A program made the translations under genes and the position numbers. 64,000 bases of DNA from an uncultured Acidobacteriota bacterium. GTDB lineage: Bacteria > Acidobacteriota > UBA6911. The first letter of the stretch is position 1, and each line of letters opens with the position of its first letter. The stretch lies in the NCBI GenBank assembly GCA_963827655.1, contig CAWHCF010000017.1, positions 41,584 through 105,583 on the forward strand, written 5' to 3'. Shown here in pieces: positions 1 through 11,177 of the stretch. The notes beneath the pieces are model-generated. The model had not been told where the DNA came from. It did not search any database and worked only from the letters and a program-made list of their open reading frames with translations.

Positions 1-311
1 CGCATCATCTCCTTTTTGATCAGGGCTCGAAAGTCGCGTGGTATCGCGTGCAAGAGTACGGGGCCGTCAAAGTTTCCTTGATGGTTGGAGACGAAAAAGT
101 AGTTCTGCCCGGGACGAATTTTTTCCCGTCCTTCCAACTTGACTCGGACGCCGCAGAGCCATCCCGCCGTTCGAATACAGAGGTGAGCCGCTCGATAAAT
201 GAACGTTGTATTTCCGGACGCAACGGTCCATAACATTGCGACGGGAGTCATGACAAGGATGAACAGGCCGACAAAGAGATAAACCAGGGAGGCTCGGGCG
301 AACTGTTTCAT
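1..311 (-). CDS. plsC: 1-acyl-sn-glycerol-3-phosphate acyltransferase (N-terminal part; runs off the window start)
   Basis: Not in the ORF track; translated by hand from ATG at 311: MKQFARASLVYLFVGLFILV...NYFFVSNHQGNFDGPVLLHAIPRDFRALIKKEMM. It has the NHxxxxD acyltransferase motif and an N-terminal TM helix. Confidence 0.85.
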   Translation of the reverse strand, partial: MKQFARASLVYLFVGLFILVMTPVAMLWTVASGNTTFIYRAAHLCIRTAGWLCGVRVKLEGREKIRPGQNYFFVSNHQGNFDGPVLLHAIPRDFRALIKKEMM

Positions 312-486
312 CGACTGGTCCCTTTTGGACTGCGGCGACTTGCCGCGCTTCACGGTCAGTCTACATGCGTCGATCGTCAATCGTCATTCGTCAGTGTTCT
401 TGTGAGAGACCAGAATACCTGATCACTTTTTTTACCGCAAAGAGAGGATAAAGTCTGTGCGTGTTGCGGAGTATCGGGGGTGATCC

Positions 487-1677
487 GTGGGATTCCATTC
501 GATAGGGGAAGCGCTGGAAGATATTCGCGACGGCAAAATCATCATCGTCGTCGATGACGAGGACCGCGAGAACGAGGGGGATTTTACCCTGGCCGCCGAG
601 AAAGTGACGCCGGAAGCCATCAACTTCATGGCCCATTACGGTCGCGGTCTGATCTGTCTGCCGCTGACGGCCGAGCGCCTGGACCAGTTGAATATTCCGC
701 TGATGGTGGAGGGAAATACGAGTAAGTATGGAACTGCCTTCACAGTTTCGATCGAAGCTCGGCACGGTGTTACCACCGGCATTTCCGCCGCCGACCGCGC
801 GACCACGATTCTAACGGCGATCAATCCGAGGAGCACGCCATCGGATCTGGTGCGGCCAGGACATGTGTTTCCGCTGCGCGCGCGGGCGGGCGGAGTCCTG
901 GAACGAGCGGGCCAAACGGAAGCTGCGGTCGATCTCGCGCGTCTTGCCGGTCTCTCGCCCGCCGGCGTCATCTGCGAAGTCATGAACCAGGATGGCACGA
1001 TGGCCCGCATTCCGGAGCTGCGCAAAGTGGCCCGCCGCCACCGGCTGAAGATCATCACCGTGGCCGATCTGATTGCCTTCCGTTTGAAAAACGAAACCTT
1101 CGTTCACAGGATTACCGAAGCCGATGTTCCCACCGAATTCGGCGAATTTCGGGTGATCGTGTTTGAAAACTCGCTGGACCACCAGCATCATGTCGCGCTG
1201 GTTAAGGGGGTCATCGATCCGAATGAGCCCACGCTGGTGCGCGTGCAATCGCAGTCGACCATGGCGGACGTATTTCATTCCCTGCTCAGCGAGAGCGGCG
1301 CGCAGTTGCGCGCGGCGCTGAGCATGATTGATGGGGCTGGAGCCGGGGTCGTGGTGTACTTGCGCCAGGAGGGCGGCGGAACGGGACTGGCTGAAGAAAT
1401 ATGCGGGTATGGGTTGCGCCGGCACAGGCCCGTGGCCGCAGAAGCCGGCGCATGGCTCGAGTCCAACCCGGACCTTCGGGTTTACGGCATCGGGGCGCAG
1501 ATTCTAACGCAACTGGGCGTCCGAAAGCTGCGCCTGCTCACGAATCACCCCAAGAAGATTATCGGGCTTCAAGGCTATGGCTTGACGGTGATCGAGCAGG
1601 TTCCGCTGGTAACGAACCGGTCGGAACTTTACCTGCGAAAGGATTTGAGTCCTGGGAAGCGCGAGACGCCAAGCTAG
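487..1677 (+). CDS. ribB: DHBP synthase (RibB) fused to a degenerate GTP cyclohydrolase II domain (RibBX-type)
   Basis: RibB motifs [18 protein letters not shown] and RPGHVFPL are present. The C-terminal domain reads [19 protein letters not shown] where active GCH II has RxHSxCxTGDxxxSxxCDC. Confidence 0.9.
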   Translation: MGFHSIGEALEDIRDGKIIIVVDDEDRENEGDFTLAAEKVTPEAINFMAHYGRGLICLPLTAERLDQLNIPLMVEGNTSKYGTAFTVSIEARHGVTTGISAADRATTILTAINPRSTPSDLVRPGHVFPLRARAGGVLERAGQTEAAVDLARLAGLSPAGVICEVMNQDGTMARIPELRKVARRHRLKIITVADLIAFRLKNETFVHRITEADVPTEFGEFRVIVFENSLDHQHHVALVKGVIDPNEPTLVRVQSQSTMADVFHSLLSESGAQLRAALSMIDGAGAGVVVYLRQEGGGTGLAEEICGYGLRRHRPVAAEAGAWLESNPDLRVYGIGAQILTQLGVRKLRLLTNHPKKIIGLQGYGLTVIEQVPLVTNRSELYLRKDLSPGKRETPS

Positions 1678-2282
1678 ACCTTCGAGAGGAAGTGTCCCAG
1701 CTTCTCTTTCTTGATTTTTAGATAGTCCCGCGTCGAGGAGTTCGGAGTTATCTCCAGGGGAATGCGCTGCTGCACTTGTACGCCTTCTTTTTCGAGGGCC
1801 CGCACTTTTTCGGGGTTATTGGAGAGAAGGCGAATGCTTCGAAACCCGAGATACTTCAGAATCTCGGCCGGCATGCGATATTCGCGTTGATCGGCCTTAA
1901 ACCCCAGTTCCTGGTTGGCTGAAACTGTGTCCAGTCCCTGGTCCTGCAGTTCATAGGCGCGTATCTTGTTGATCAGACCGATTCCACGGCCTTCCTGCTG
2001 CTGGTAGACCAGGACTCCGAAACCGGCCTGTGAAATCAGTTGCATCGATGTATGAAGCTGATCTCTGCAATCACAACGGACGGAGGCGAACACATCTCCG
2101 GTGAGGCACTGCGAGTGAATTCGAACCATCGGAATCGAGCCCGCAGGCGGAGGGCCAGCCATCAGCGCCACGGCTTCTTCGCCTGAATCCAGGTCACGGA
2201 ATCCATAGACCGTGAAGTCTCCGTAGGGTGTGGGGAGCGTGGCGCGAGGAACTTTGGCGAAATTCATATAGTCAATTCTCAC
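1674..2282 (-). CDS. ribA: GTP cyclohydrolase II (stand-alone)
   Basis: [44 protein letters not shown] and LLSNNP motifs are intact. The start may be ATG at 2267. Confidence 0.95.
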   Translation of the reverse strand: MRIDYMNFAKVPRATLPTPYGDFTVYGFRDLDSGEEAVALMAGPPPAGSIPMVRIHSQCLTGDVFASVRCDCRDQLHTSMQLISQAGFGVLVYQQQEGRGIGLINKIRAYELQDQGLDTVSANQELGFKADQREYRMPAEILKYLGFRSIRLLSNNPEKVRALEKEGVQVQQRIPLEITPNSSTRDYLKIKKEKLGHFLSKV

Positions 2283-2415
2283 TGGGCGGCCCCGGGCGAG
2301 GTCTCCGGTATATTTTGGACCGCGGCGGGAGTATTATCCGCATGGATCGCGTGGCTGTCAACCTGCGCGCCGTGGCCTCGGTGTGGCAACTGCGAAGATC
2401 AAAGAATCAGGGCAT

Positions 2416-3024
2416 ATGGATGACAATCCGGCTAAGAAGATAATCGTGGCCATCACGGGAGCGACGGGATCTATCCTGGGGGTGCGTCTGCTGCAGCTCT
2501 CGCGCGGCGCAGGGATTGAGACGCACCTCGTGGTGAGCAAGTGGGGCGTTCGAACACTCATGCATGAAACATCCTATGGGATCGAGCAGGTCAGGCAAAT
2601 GGCGAGTTTCAGCTACCAGGAGGGTGATGCCGGCGCCGCGATTTCGAGCGGCTCCTTCTTGACCGACGGAATGGTCGTGATTCCATGCAGTATGAGAACT
2701 CTGGGCGCGGTCGCGAGCGGTCACGGCGACAACTTGATCCATCGTGCAGCCGATGTCGTTCTGAAAGAGCGCCGGAAACTGGTTCTCGTAGTACGCGAAG
2801 CGCCATTCAATGAAATCCATTTGGAGAACATGTTGAAACTGACGCGCATGGGCGCGGTCATTACTCCTCCAGTCCCGGCGTTCTACAATCACCCTCGGAC
2901 GATTGCCGACGTCGTGGATCACATCGCGTCGCGCGCACTGGACCATCTGGGTATTCATCTGGATCGCGTCAGCCGCTGGGATGGTGTGATGTCATCAGAC
3001 GGAGCGTCTCTGATGCAGGAGTGA
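2416..3024 (+). CDS. ubiX: Flavin prenyltransferase UbiX/Pad1
   Basis: IIVAITGATG, AAISSGSF, PCSMRTL, RAADVVLKERRKLVL, RE(A)P and PAFY motifs. Confidence 0.93.
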   Translation: MDDNPAKKIIVAITGATGSILGVRLLQLSRGAGIETHLVVSKWGVRTLMHETSYGIEQVRQMASFSYQEGDAGAAISSGSFLTDGMVVIPCSMRTLGAVASGHGDNLIHRAADVVLKERRKLVLVVREAPFNEIHLENMLKLTRMGAVITPPVPAFYNHPRTIADVVDHIASRALDHLGIHLDRVSRWDGVMSSDGASLMQE

Positions 3025-3161
3025 GGAGTATCCTCGGTCTTCGCGAGTTCTGTTAGTTCCGCACCATTAATTCCACTCTGCAATCGCGCGCATTCCTCCT
3101 TGCCTTTCTGGGCCCCATACGATAAAAAAACAACCCCCCTTAACCAGGGAGGATCCATCTC

Positions 3162-4418
3162 ATGAAACAGCACACCTTGATCAGCTCCATTGTCCTGACC
3201 CTGTTGGGTTGGAGTATTAACGCTCACGCTGACGTAGTCACCGACTGGAACACGGCCGCCCTGAACGCCATCCGCCTTGACCGAACGCCTCCGCCAGTCG
3301 CTTCTCGCGCCCTCGCCATCCTGCACGCGTCTATTTACGACGCGGTGAACGGGATCAGCCGCAGCCACGAAGCGTACTTCGTGCCGAGCCAGGTCCCTGC
3401 CAGGGCTTCCAGAGAGGCCGCCGCCAGCGCGGCCGCGCACAAAGTGCTCAGTACGCTCTTCCCGAACAGCGCCGCCGCCTTCGATATGCTCCATGCCACA
3501 ACGCTCGCCGCCATTCGGAACGGTCTGCAAAAGGCAGCGGGCGTCGCCTGGGGCGAATCGGTCGCCGCCCGGATCCTTGCCTGGCGGGCGATCGATGGGT
3601 CCGGCGTGCTCGTGGCGCCTCCTTCCGGCAACGGTCCCGGTGACTGGCAGCCGACGCCGGAGGCGTTTCTTCCTTATTTGCTGCCGCAGTGGGGTTTTGT
3701 CGCCTCCTTTGCGATTCCCAGGGCGTCCGCTTTTCGTCCGCCCGGACCACCGCTTCTGGACAGTGCGAGATGGGCGGCGGATTACAACGAGGTCAAGGAA
3801 ATCGGTCGGGCCACCGGTTCTACGCGCACGGCGGAACAGACCGAAATCGCGCTGTTCTGGGCCGATGGTGCCGGCACGGAAACTCCGCCGGGACATTGGA
3901 ACAGCATCGCGCAAAATGTCGGGGAGCGAAACACACTGGAAGAGAACGCCCGGCTGTTTGCCCTTTTGAACATTGCGCTGGCCGACGCCGCCATATGCTC
4001 CTGGGATGCCAAATACTTCTATAACTTCTGGCGCCCGGTGACTGCGATTCGTAACGGTGATACGGATCGCAACGACGCAACCACGCCCGATCCCGAGTGG
4101 AGTTCACTGATAGTGACTCCTCCATTTCCAGACTACACGTCCGGCCATAGCACTTTCAGCGGCGCGGCAGCGACCGTGCTGGCTTTGTTCTATGGTACGG
4201 ACAATATAGTATTCGCCACCGGCTCGGATTTCTTGCCGCGCGTCTTCCGACGCTTTACCAGTTTTTCGGCTGCGGCCCGGGAAGCGGCGCTCAGCCGCCT
4301 GTACGGTGGTATCCACTACCGGTCTGCCAATGACGACGGTTTGACTGCGGGCAGCGCCGTCGGCACGTGGACGTTCAGAAATTACCTTCAGCCGAAAAAC
4401 AATCGTTCGCGAAAGTGA
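3162..4418 (+). CDS. Secreted vanadium-dependent haloperoxidase / PAP2-family phosphatase
   Basis: Signal peptide; WDAKYFYNFWRP, PFPDYTSGHS and SRLYGGIHYRS active-site motifs. Confidence 0.85.
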   Translation: MKQHTLISSIVLTLLGWSINAHADVVTDWNTAALNAIRLDRTPPPVASRALAILHASIYDAVNGISRSHEAYFVPSQVPARASREAAASAAAHKVLSTLFPNSAAAFDMLHATTLAAIRNGLQKAAGVAWGESVAARILAWRAIDGSGVLVAPPSGNGPGDWQPTPEAFLPYLLPQWGFVASFAIPRASAFRPPGPPLLDSARWAADYNEVKEIGRATGSTRTAEQTEIALFWADGAGTETPPGHWNSIAQNVGERNTLEENARLFALLNIALADAAICSWDAKYFYNFWRPVTAIRNGDTDRNDATTPDPEWSSLIVTPPFPDYTSGHSTFSGAAATVLALFYGTDNIVFATGSDFLPRVFRRFTSFSAAAREAALSRLYGGIHYRSANDDGLTAGSAVGTWTFRNYLQPKNNRSRK

Positions 4419-4504
4419 ATTTCGGTGACAGGTTCCAAATTGCGTGGCAGAACTCTCGTCTTTGGCCTCTCTTGACAACGCAATTTGGCGCCTGTCACCA
4501 AATT
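4418..4504. repeat. Inverted pair of about 27-bp REP-like elements between convergent genes (possible terminator)
   Basis: aatttcggtgacaggttccaaattgcgt (4418-4445) versus the reverse complement of 4478-4504, aatttggtgacaggcgccaaattgcgt. Confidence 0.7.
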
Positions 4505-4564
4505 TAAAGCCTGGTGTTTCTTCGTGTCTTGGTGTCCTGGTGGTATTGGTTTGAAAGGCCGGAA

Positions 4565-5299
4565 TCAGGGAAGCTGGCGGATGCGAAGATTCCTGAATTC
4601 AATCGGTGACCCTTCCGACTCCAGACAGAGGTAGCCGGTGCGAGGTTCGGCGTCGCTGCCGCCCGAGACTTCCTCCCCGTTGACCCACAGCCGCACTTCG
4701 CCATTGATGGCCCGGACGTAGTAATGGTTCCACTCTCCGACGCCTTTGCTGAGCTGCTTGCGTGGGAAACTGCGCGAGCCGTTGGGGGAGGTCGGAGGAA
4801 ACGGTTTGAGCTTGGATTTGCCCACGGCAAAGATGTCGCCGTTGGTGCTGAACCAGTCGCCTTTCTTTCCGGATCGTTTCTCGTATTGCTCGGCGAACCC
4901 GTGATCGAGCATCTGCACCTCGATGCCACCCTGGGGCAGCACATTTGGTTTCAGCTCCTTGAGCGCCTCTTCCGGCACCCAGACGAAGACGCCCGAGTTG
5001 CCTGCGGGACGCAAATGCCGCCATTCCACGACCAGCTCGAAGTTGCTGAACAGTTGCTGCGTGCGCATCACGCCGATCGGCTGGCCCGTGCAGCTCAGCA
5101 GATCGTTCTTCCAGGTCCAGGTCTCGGGATAACAATTGACGTTGGCAAAGTCCTCCTGCCCCAGCGCGCGCCAGCCGGGTCCGGTGCCGTCGACGAACGC
5201 CTTGGGCAGGCTCGGTTCCTGGCCGAGGCAGAAGGCGATCGCCGGCAGCACCACCATCCCAAGCCAACCTGAGACTCGCGCAAGAGAAACATGCCACAT
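4565..5299 (-). CDS. DUF1080 (3-keto-disaccharide hydrolase-like) secreted protein
   Basis: NFELVVEW, GNSGVF, IEVQMLD, GEWNHY and GYLCLESEGSPIEFRNLRIR; ATG at 5299 with a GGAGG-like RBS. Confidence 0.85.
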   Translation of the reverse strand: MWHVSLARVSGWLGMVVLPAIAFCLGQEPSLPKAFVDGTGPGWRALGQEDFANVNCYPETWTWKNDLLSCTGQPIGVMRTQQLFSNFELVVEWRHLRPAGNSGVFVWVPEEALKELKPNVLPQGGIEVQMLDHGFAEQYEKRSGKKGDWFSTNGDIFAVGKSKLKPFPPTSPNGSRSFPRKQLSKGVGEWNHYYVRAINGEVRLWVNGEEVSGGSDAEPRTGYLCLESEGSPIEFRNLRIRQLP

Positions 5300-5527
5300 G
5301 AAGAGCCCTCCCACTGTTATTTCAAGAGAAGCGCACGGCACAAACCGGCTTCCGGGCATTTCTATCGAGAAAGCGCTGGGGACGCAAGCCCATTCTCGAA
5401 TTCCGGACTGCGTGGGGTGCGATCCAATCACAACTCGGGTCAGGATCGGCGCGCGGGGCCTCAAAAAACACCAAAGGGATTTCTCCGAGCGGCCAGCCCC
5501 AGGTTGACAAAACCTTCCCCGCGATAG

Positions 5528-5821
5528 CTACGATTTCAGGGTATGGTAAAAGGCTCGCTCACGCTTCTCCAACCGTGGCAGGGCTTCCCCCTTGATGTAG
5601 CGTTCGAAGTGGGGAGTCGACATGTGGGTCTGATAAGCCGATTCATCCGTATATTGCTCGTAGAGGAAGAAGACCTGCGGATCCTCGGCGGATCTGTGCG
5701 TCTGGTAAAAGAGGCAGCCCGGTTCCGCTCTCGAAAGGGGTGTCATGGTCTCGAGAATCTCTCGGATTTTTTCCTCCTCGCCGGACTTGACTCGATAGGT
5801 CGCTGCGACGACATAAGCCAT
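5528..5821 (-). CDS. Antibiotic biosynthesis monooxygenase (ABM) / putative quinol monooxygenase
   Basis: SRAEPGCLFY, FFLYEQY and HMSTPHF; about 97 aa. Confidence 0.85.
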   Translation of the reverse strand: MAYVVAATYRVKSGEEEKIREILETMTPLSRAEPGCLFYQTHRSAEDPQVFFLYEQYTDESAYQTHMSTPHFERYIKGEALPRLEKRERAFYHTLKS

Positions 5822-6115
5822 AGGGACGTCTCCTGTATAAGACTGCACGCTTCAGATCCCAACTTACCACCAGGACGCAAGGACGCCAAGAGACTCGAAG
5901 GCTTGGCTCTAGATCTCGACAGTCTTCGGGCTTCGTCCGGGGACTCAAACTGCTAGTCCAGAAACTTGGGGTTTGCGCCGGACTCTTGGTAGAATCCCGG
6001 AACCAGAGGCGACCTTATTTCAGACCATTCGGCGCTCTGGTTGACATTGCCGATCGCCTCGTGCTGGAACAGTCGCATCTGATCAGCTATTCCGGAGAAT
6101 CACGGAGCACCATCG

Positions 6116-6472
6116 ATGCCCATTCGCACGCAGCAAGAAGAGCCGGGTTTGCTTGTAGCCACTGTAAGCGGACGCGTTCATTACCGTGAGTTTCGGCCGC
6201 TGTGGCAAGAGAGTGCTGAGGCCATTGGACGGCTGGGCAAAATAAGAATCCTCATCGTGCTCGACAATTTCCAGGGATGGGAACAAAGTGAGGGATGGGG
6301 AGACACGAGCTTTCAGGAAAAATACGACCCATTCATCGAACGCATCGCTATTGTGGGGGATAGTCAATGGAAGGACCTCGTCCTCGCGTTCGCAGGCAAG
6401 CCGTTTCGAACTCTCCCGATTCAATATTTCCTGCCCACGCAACTCGCGGAAGCGCGCGCCTGGCTGGGTTGA
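6116..6472 (+). CDS. SpoIIAA-like (STAS/SEC14) domain protein
   Basis: GKIRILIVLDNFQGWE, IERIAIVGD and AEARAWL pattern. Confidence 0.8.
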   Translation: MPIRTQQEEPGLLVATVSGRVHYREFRPLWQESAEAIGRLGKIRILIVLDNFQGWEQSEGWGDTSFQEKYDPFIERIAIVGDSQWKDLVLAFAGKPFRTLPIQYFLPTQLAEARAWLG

Positions 6473-6528
6473 GTCAAATCGTGCTGCGATTGAAGTCGCC
6501 CAGTGGTGGCAAGCGGCGCCTGGGAATA

Positions 6529-7147
6529 GTGGCTTCGAAGCTCGCCCTTTTCTTTGCGTTCACTCTCCCGGCGTCGGCCCAGGTTTTCGAGCTGACGCCA
6601 CTGTTCGGCTATCGAATGGGCGGCACGCATCCAGGTGAAGAACGAAGGGGAGAGTACGTCCATCAAGGCCAGGTTGAAGGACGGTTTTGCCTATGGTTTG
6701 GCGGCAGGATATCGGTTCGACGAAGAGTCGGTCATTGAGTTCCGATGGGCACGCCAGCATAGCCGGCTCCGCTTACCGGATCCTGTCTCCCCGGATCTGG
6801 TCTCGCCGATCGATACCACGATCGACCAATTCCACTGTGATTTTACTCACGAGTATGAGTGGGACCATTATCCCGGCATCCGGCCTTATGTCCTGGGAAG
6901 TGCAGGCGCCACCAGATTCGGCCTCCCCGGTGAAAGCTTCACGCGTTTCTCTTTCGGCCTGGGCGGGGGCGTGAAGATTTCCATTCATCCGCGCGTGCGT
7001 TGGCGCATTCAGGCAGAGTGGCTTCCCATCTGGATCGAGCCGGAGGCGAGAGGCCTGACCTGCAGGGGCGGCGTCTGCGCTGTGTTCTTGTCGGGGACCC
7101 TGACGCACCAGTTTGAGGTCAGCTTCGGTCCCGTTTTTCATTTTTGA
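6529..7147 (+). CDS. Outer-membrane beta-barrel protein (one +1 frameshift near 6630)
   Basis: Signal peptide and FELTPLFGYRMGG in one frame continue as IQVKNEGE...PYVLGSAGATRF...FSFGLGGGVK...VFHF (terminal Phe) in the next. Confidence 0.75.
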
Positions 7148-7186
7148 GAAAGGGAGAGTGGCGAGTGGCTCCGAATCTCTTATTTA

Positions 7187-7353
7187 GCGTTCGCGCAGAA
7201 ATAAGTTCACATTCTGCTGCAGGCCCGAGGCCGCCGGCTAGGCGCGAGCGACGATGCGGACGCGGCCGGTACGTGGGGAGCGGGCAACAAAGCCACGATG
7301 GGGGTTCCGCCGAGTACAACCTGGCAGACGATTATTCTGCGCAGAATAGTCGC
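7187..7353. mobile_element. MITE-like element, copy 1 (degenerate right end)
   Basis: 7189-7226 gttcgcgcagaaataagttcacattctgctgcaggccc differs by 1 nt from 19255-19292. The right end contains the palindrome tattctgcgcagaata. Confidence 0.6.
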
Positions 7354-10280
7354 TAATCCCTGTCCTTTTTCTTCCGTTTTTCCCTGCGTGATCTCGAAGA
7401 TCGTAGTCGTGCCGCTGATCTCGTTCCCCACGACGAGCAGCGGCCCCTTGATCGGACTGTCCTTCTCATCGATGAACAAGATCCCTTCAGGCCCGAGGTC
7501 GCCCGCCTGCGGGGTGCCGGGCGCGGAACCGAAGTCGCGCCGGTTTACGTAGGTGATGAAGACAGGTTCATGAGGATCGCTGATGTCGTACACCACCACA
7601 CCGCCGATGCGCTCGAGCCCTATGAACGCGTAGGTGTTTCCTGCCACCGTCCCGATCGCGATTCCCTCCGGCTCCGGGCCTTTGTCATCACTGCGGTTGT
7701 CGAAATCGTTGCTGGTGTTAGAGGCGTTGAAGTTGGCCGGAGAGGTGATGGCGGTTATCCATTCCAGCTGGTCGCTGCTGTCGAATACCAGCTCGCCGGT
7801 CTCGCTCCAGATGGAAAACGACCTGGTACCGAAGGCAAACAGTTGTTCAAAGGCGCCCGTCGCCGGATTCCTGCCCAGCGTGTTTGTGATATTCAGCCGG
7901 CCCAGGTTGGCATTGTTCTTGAGCACAGCACCGTCAGGAAATGCCGCCGGGTCCAGGTTAACGCTGCCGATGCGCACTGCTTCCTGGAAAGCGCTGTACT
8001 CGCGCGCATCCCCTTCGTTCGCGGTCACCAGGTAGGTATCGGAACGAGATTTATAAGAAGCAATTGCCGTCGGGCAAGAACAGGCCCTTTACCGGCCACT
8101 GTCGGATGTTGATCTTGTTATCCCGGTCGCTGGCATCGAGGCCGTTCAGACGGACATCGATGATGCCGAGCTGCTCCGGTTCGGGCACATAGTTCAAGGT
8201 GAACTTGCCGTCCGGATGGATCGTGATATTGGCCACGCCGAAATCGTTGTCGTTGATCACCGCGAGCGTCCATGGATCAATAACCGCCAATCCTTCGACT
8301 TTCTGCGCGCGATTGTAGCCGGCTTTGTTGAGATCCACATGCAGGCTCTTCGCGATCGGCTGGATGCCGTTGGCCACCATTTCGGCGACGCTGAGCTGAT
8401 CCACGGTCTTGCCCGTCGATCCCACGACGCCTGTGAGCGCCGTCACGTCCGTGGCGCCGGTGAGATTGAACCGGTAGATCTTCTTCTCTATGTGGGCCGG
8501 ATTGTCATCCGGCAGCGCATCGTCATCGCGCTCCAGCGCCAGGAACTCGCCGTATCCGAGCGAGACGGCGTCACCGATCTTGTCCGCGCGGGTATTCGGT
8601 TCGGGGCCGAGATCCGGATTGTCCAGCACGTAGATGAACTGCCGGGTGGCTCGCGTCGTGGGATTGAACTCGACCACTCGGATGTTACGCATCTGGTTGA
8701 GCGCACTGTTCGCGAGGGTCGGCGGATTGCGCAACGGGCTTTGCATGAAGGCATAGATTTTGCCGTCGTCATAGGCAACCCCCTCGAAGCCCCGGTTCTG
8801 GCGGCGTTGGCCGAGCACCGCGGGAAGGACCTCGGTCCCGTACGTGCCGGCCGGCTTGACCGGCTGCGGCGGCTGTGCCCATCGGAACGAAGCGGTCAAG
8901 CAGCACTCCGGCGGCGCTGAAGTGGTAGATCGCCGGGCGATACTCGTCAACCATCCAGAATGTGCCGTTGCTTGGATCGATGACGATGCCTTCGAGGTCG
9001 GCGCCAAAGGGGTCGAGCGGGAGAAGGTTGCCGAGCAGGTTGACGGGCACCTCGTCGTTGTAGGGCGTATTACCTGAATCGCCCAGGGCCGTGTTGGACA
9101 ATCCGGTGAGCGGGGCTCCAGACGCCCAGCTTCAGCGGAATGATCTGGGTCACGTCGATCCGGTTGCCGTCCAGCTCGAACCGCACCAGTTGTGGAGTGA
9201 AGTCCGGCAGAAGGAAAGGGCGTAATATGCCGGTCGGCTCGGCATTAGGACCACGGTCGGTGTGGGTGATGAACTTGAGCGCTCCGCTGACAGGATGAGT
9301 TCCCTCGAAGTGCAACCCGGAGAATCCGCCCAGGAAGAGCGTCTGGTTTCCCAGTGTTCTCCCGATCGGGGGGAGAGATGACGAACGGAAATTGTAGCGT
9401 CTTCGCGGTTGCCTCAACCTTGCTATGGTCCTTGTGACCGAGTGCTGCGAGCTTTGTAACCACGGCTCTCTTGATGTCGATGATGGCAATAGCATTGTTC
9501 TCCTGGAGTGTCACATAGGCTGTCTTCGAATCGTGACTGACGGCAATGTACTCCGGTTCCATGTCCTGCGAGACTCTGGCGCCCGGCCCGAAGATGCGGA
9601 TTCCAGGGGGAAGCGGGCCGGTATTGAACGCCCGAAAATCCACGGTGCGCACATCGTCCTGCTTCAGCTTCGCGACGTCACCTTTCATCTGGATGATGCT
9701 CACCGAGCCTTCGGGATCGATGGTATAGGTGTCGTTGGGTTCCCCTTCGTTGGCGATCAGCAGCCAATCCCCATCCGGTGAGAAGGTCAACATGTCCGGG
9801 AGCGCCCCGACCTGCTAGAACGTTGAGGACTCTCAGGTCCTTGGCGCTGAAAAACACGACCTTGCCGGGATCGGTCTTGATGGCGTTTTCAACCGCCACA
9901 GCGACGACACCTTTGTCCACGGCCACGCTGTTGGCAACGGCCCCGTAGGGCCTGACGTCGATCTGGGCCACGCGGGTGACAGCGGCTGGATTCGCTATAG
10001 TCAGCACGTCGACCGTGGCCGACAGGGCATTCACGACGAAGAGCCGCTGGGTCTTGGGGTCGTGCGCTACGATCTCGGCGCCCCCCGCATTGAAAATGCC
10101 GCTCGCATAGGAACCGATCGGCTTCAGCTTGATTGATTCGCGGTCGTCCTGGTCGTCTGCCGGAGCAAGTGTCGCGGTCAAGGCGAGGGAAACAGCCAGC
10201 AGGGGACCCAACAAGGTCGAAAGCCTGGTTCCACGTGTCAAAGTTTGTTTCATCGGGCGTTGAAATGCCATGTAGCGCAT
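7207..10280 (-). CDS. Choice-of-anchor I (alkaline-phosphatase-associated) protein with an inserted phytase-like esterase domain; split into six ORFs by five +1 frameshifts
   Basis: Joined frames give GAEIVAHD, VGALPDMLTFSPDG, ANEGEP, EPEYI, TLQENNA, then TDRGPN, DLEGI, DEYRP, NRGFEG, KVEGLA, NDNDFG, then DASDRD, RSDDKGPEPEG, LERIGG, DLGPEG and GNEISGT. Confidence 0.8.
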
Positions 10281-10558
10281 GAGCAGCCTCCGGGTCGTAG
10301 AGATCACAAGATTTCGGATGCGAAGGAGGGAGATCGTGCCCTGGAGATGTGAACCATTTTTGACAGTCTTGTGACTTAAAGGTTAAGAACCTGCGGCGGA
10401 AAACGCAGCAGTACCTGTCCAGGAACGGGCAACAGATTTACAACTCGGTCCAATACGGAGGAACAGTTAAACCTCTTTTGGTGTCAAAACAGCGGGCTTT
10501 CTTGGTCGCAAAGGTCAGGCGTGCCGGGTGAGTTCAAGCAAGTTCAAGGAGGATAAGC

Positions 10559-10945
10559 ATGACGACAAGGGCTTTAACCCTTACCATCCTGTGGCTCATG
10601 GAGGCTGCGGTCTATGCTCAGGCTGGAGTCGCGGGTAAGTGGCGCACAGCCGAACAACCAAACCCGGAACTAGTAATCCGATTGGACCTCGAAACAGACG
10701 GAGCCCGGGTGTCTGGCACCGTAACCCATTTCGAACAGGAGCCGCGTCAGATTTCAAACGGAAGAGTAGACGGATCGAAACTCAGCTTTGAAACCGCGGG
10801 GCTGCTTAACGGCGAAGAAGTTACTGTTTCCTGGCACGGTGAAGTCAAAGGTGACGACCTTGCCCTGAGCCGCCGAATCCAGATGCCCAACGGTCGCATC
10901 ATCACCCCTTCGGGCGACCCACATAAATTTCATCGAGCGAAGTAG
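10559..10945 (+). CDS. Secreted hypothetical beta-rich protein
   Basis: AAGGAGG RBS, signal peptide, AGKW start and alternating beta pattern. Confidence 0.7.
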   Translation: MTTRALTLTILWLMEAAVYAQAGVAGKWRTAEQPNPELVIRLDLETDGARVSGTVTHFEQEPRQISNGRVDGSKLSFETAGLLNGEEVTVSWHGEVKGDDLALSRRIQMPNGRIITPSGDPHKFHRAK

Positions 10946-11177
10946 TCGGGCTTGCCTCTCGTGGCTCGCGAAGGGCTCGAGATCGAAGTCCCATGGTCCC
11001 GGGCCGCCGGGCCGCTAATCTCGCGGCCGAGCGGCCTGGTCCTCGATGAATGCTACCGCTTTGAAACTGAGGACAGGGAAGCCGCCGGTGTTCACTGTCG
11101 GCTCCGCTGGTGACGTGAAAGCGTCCCGGGTCAGCGTGCTTCCGGCGGACGCCGGCAGGGTCGGGATTCATGTTGGG

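Noticed and set aside
312-486. FMN riboswitch upstream of the rib genes
   Set aside because: No RFN consensus (AGGGCGGGG...AATTCCCGACC) was found here or upstream of ribA.
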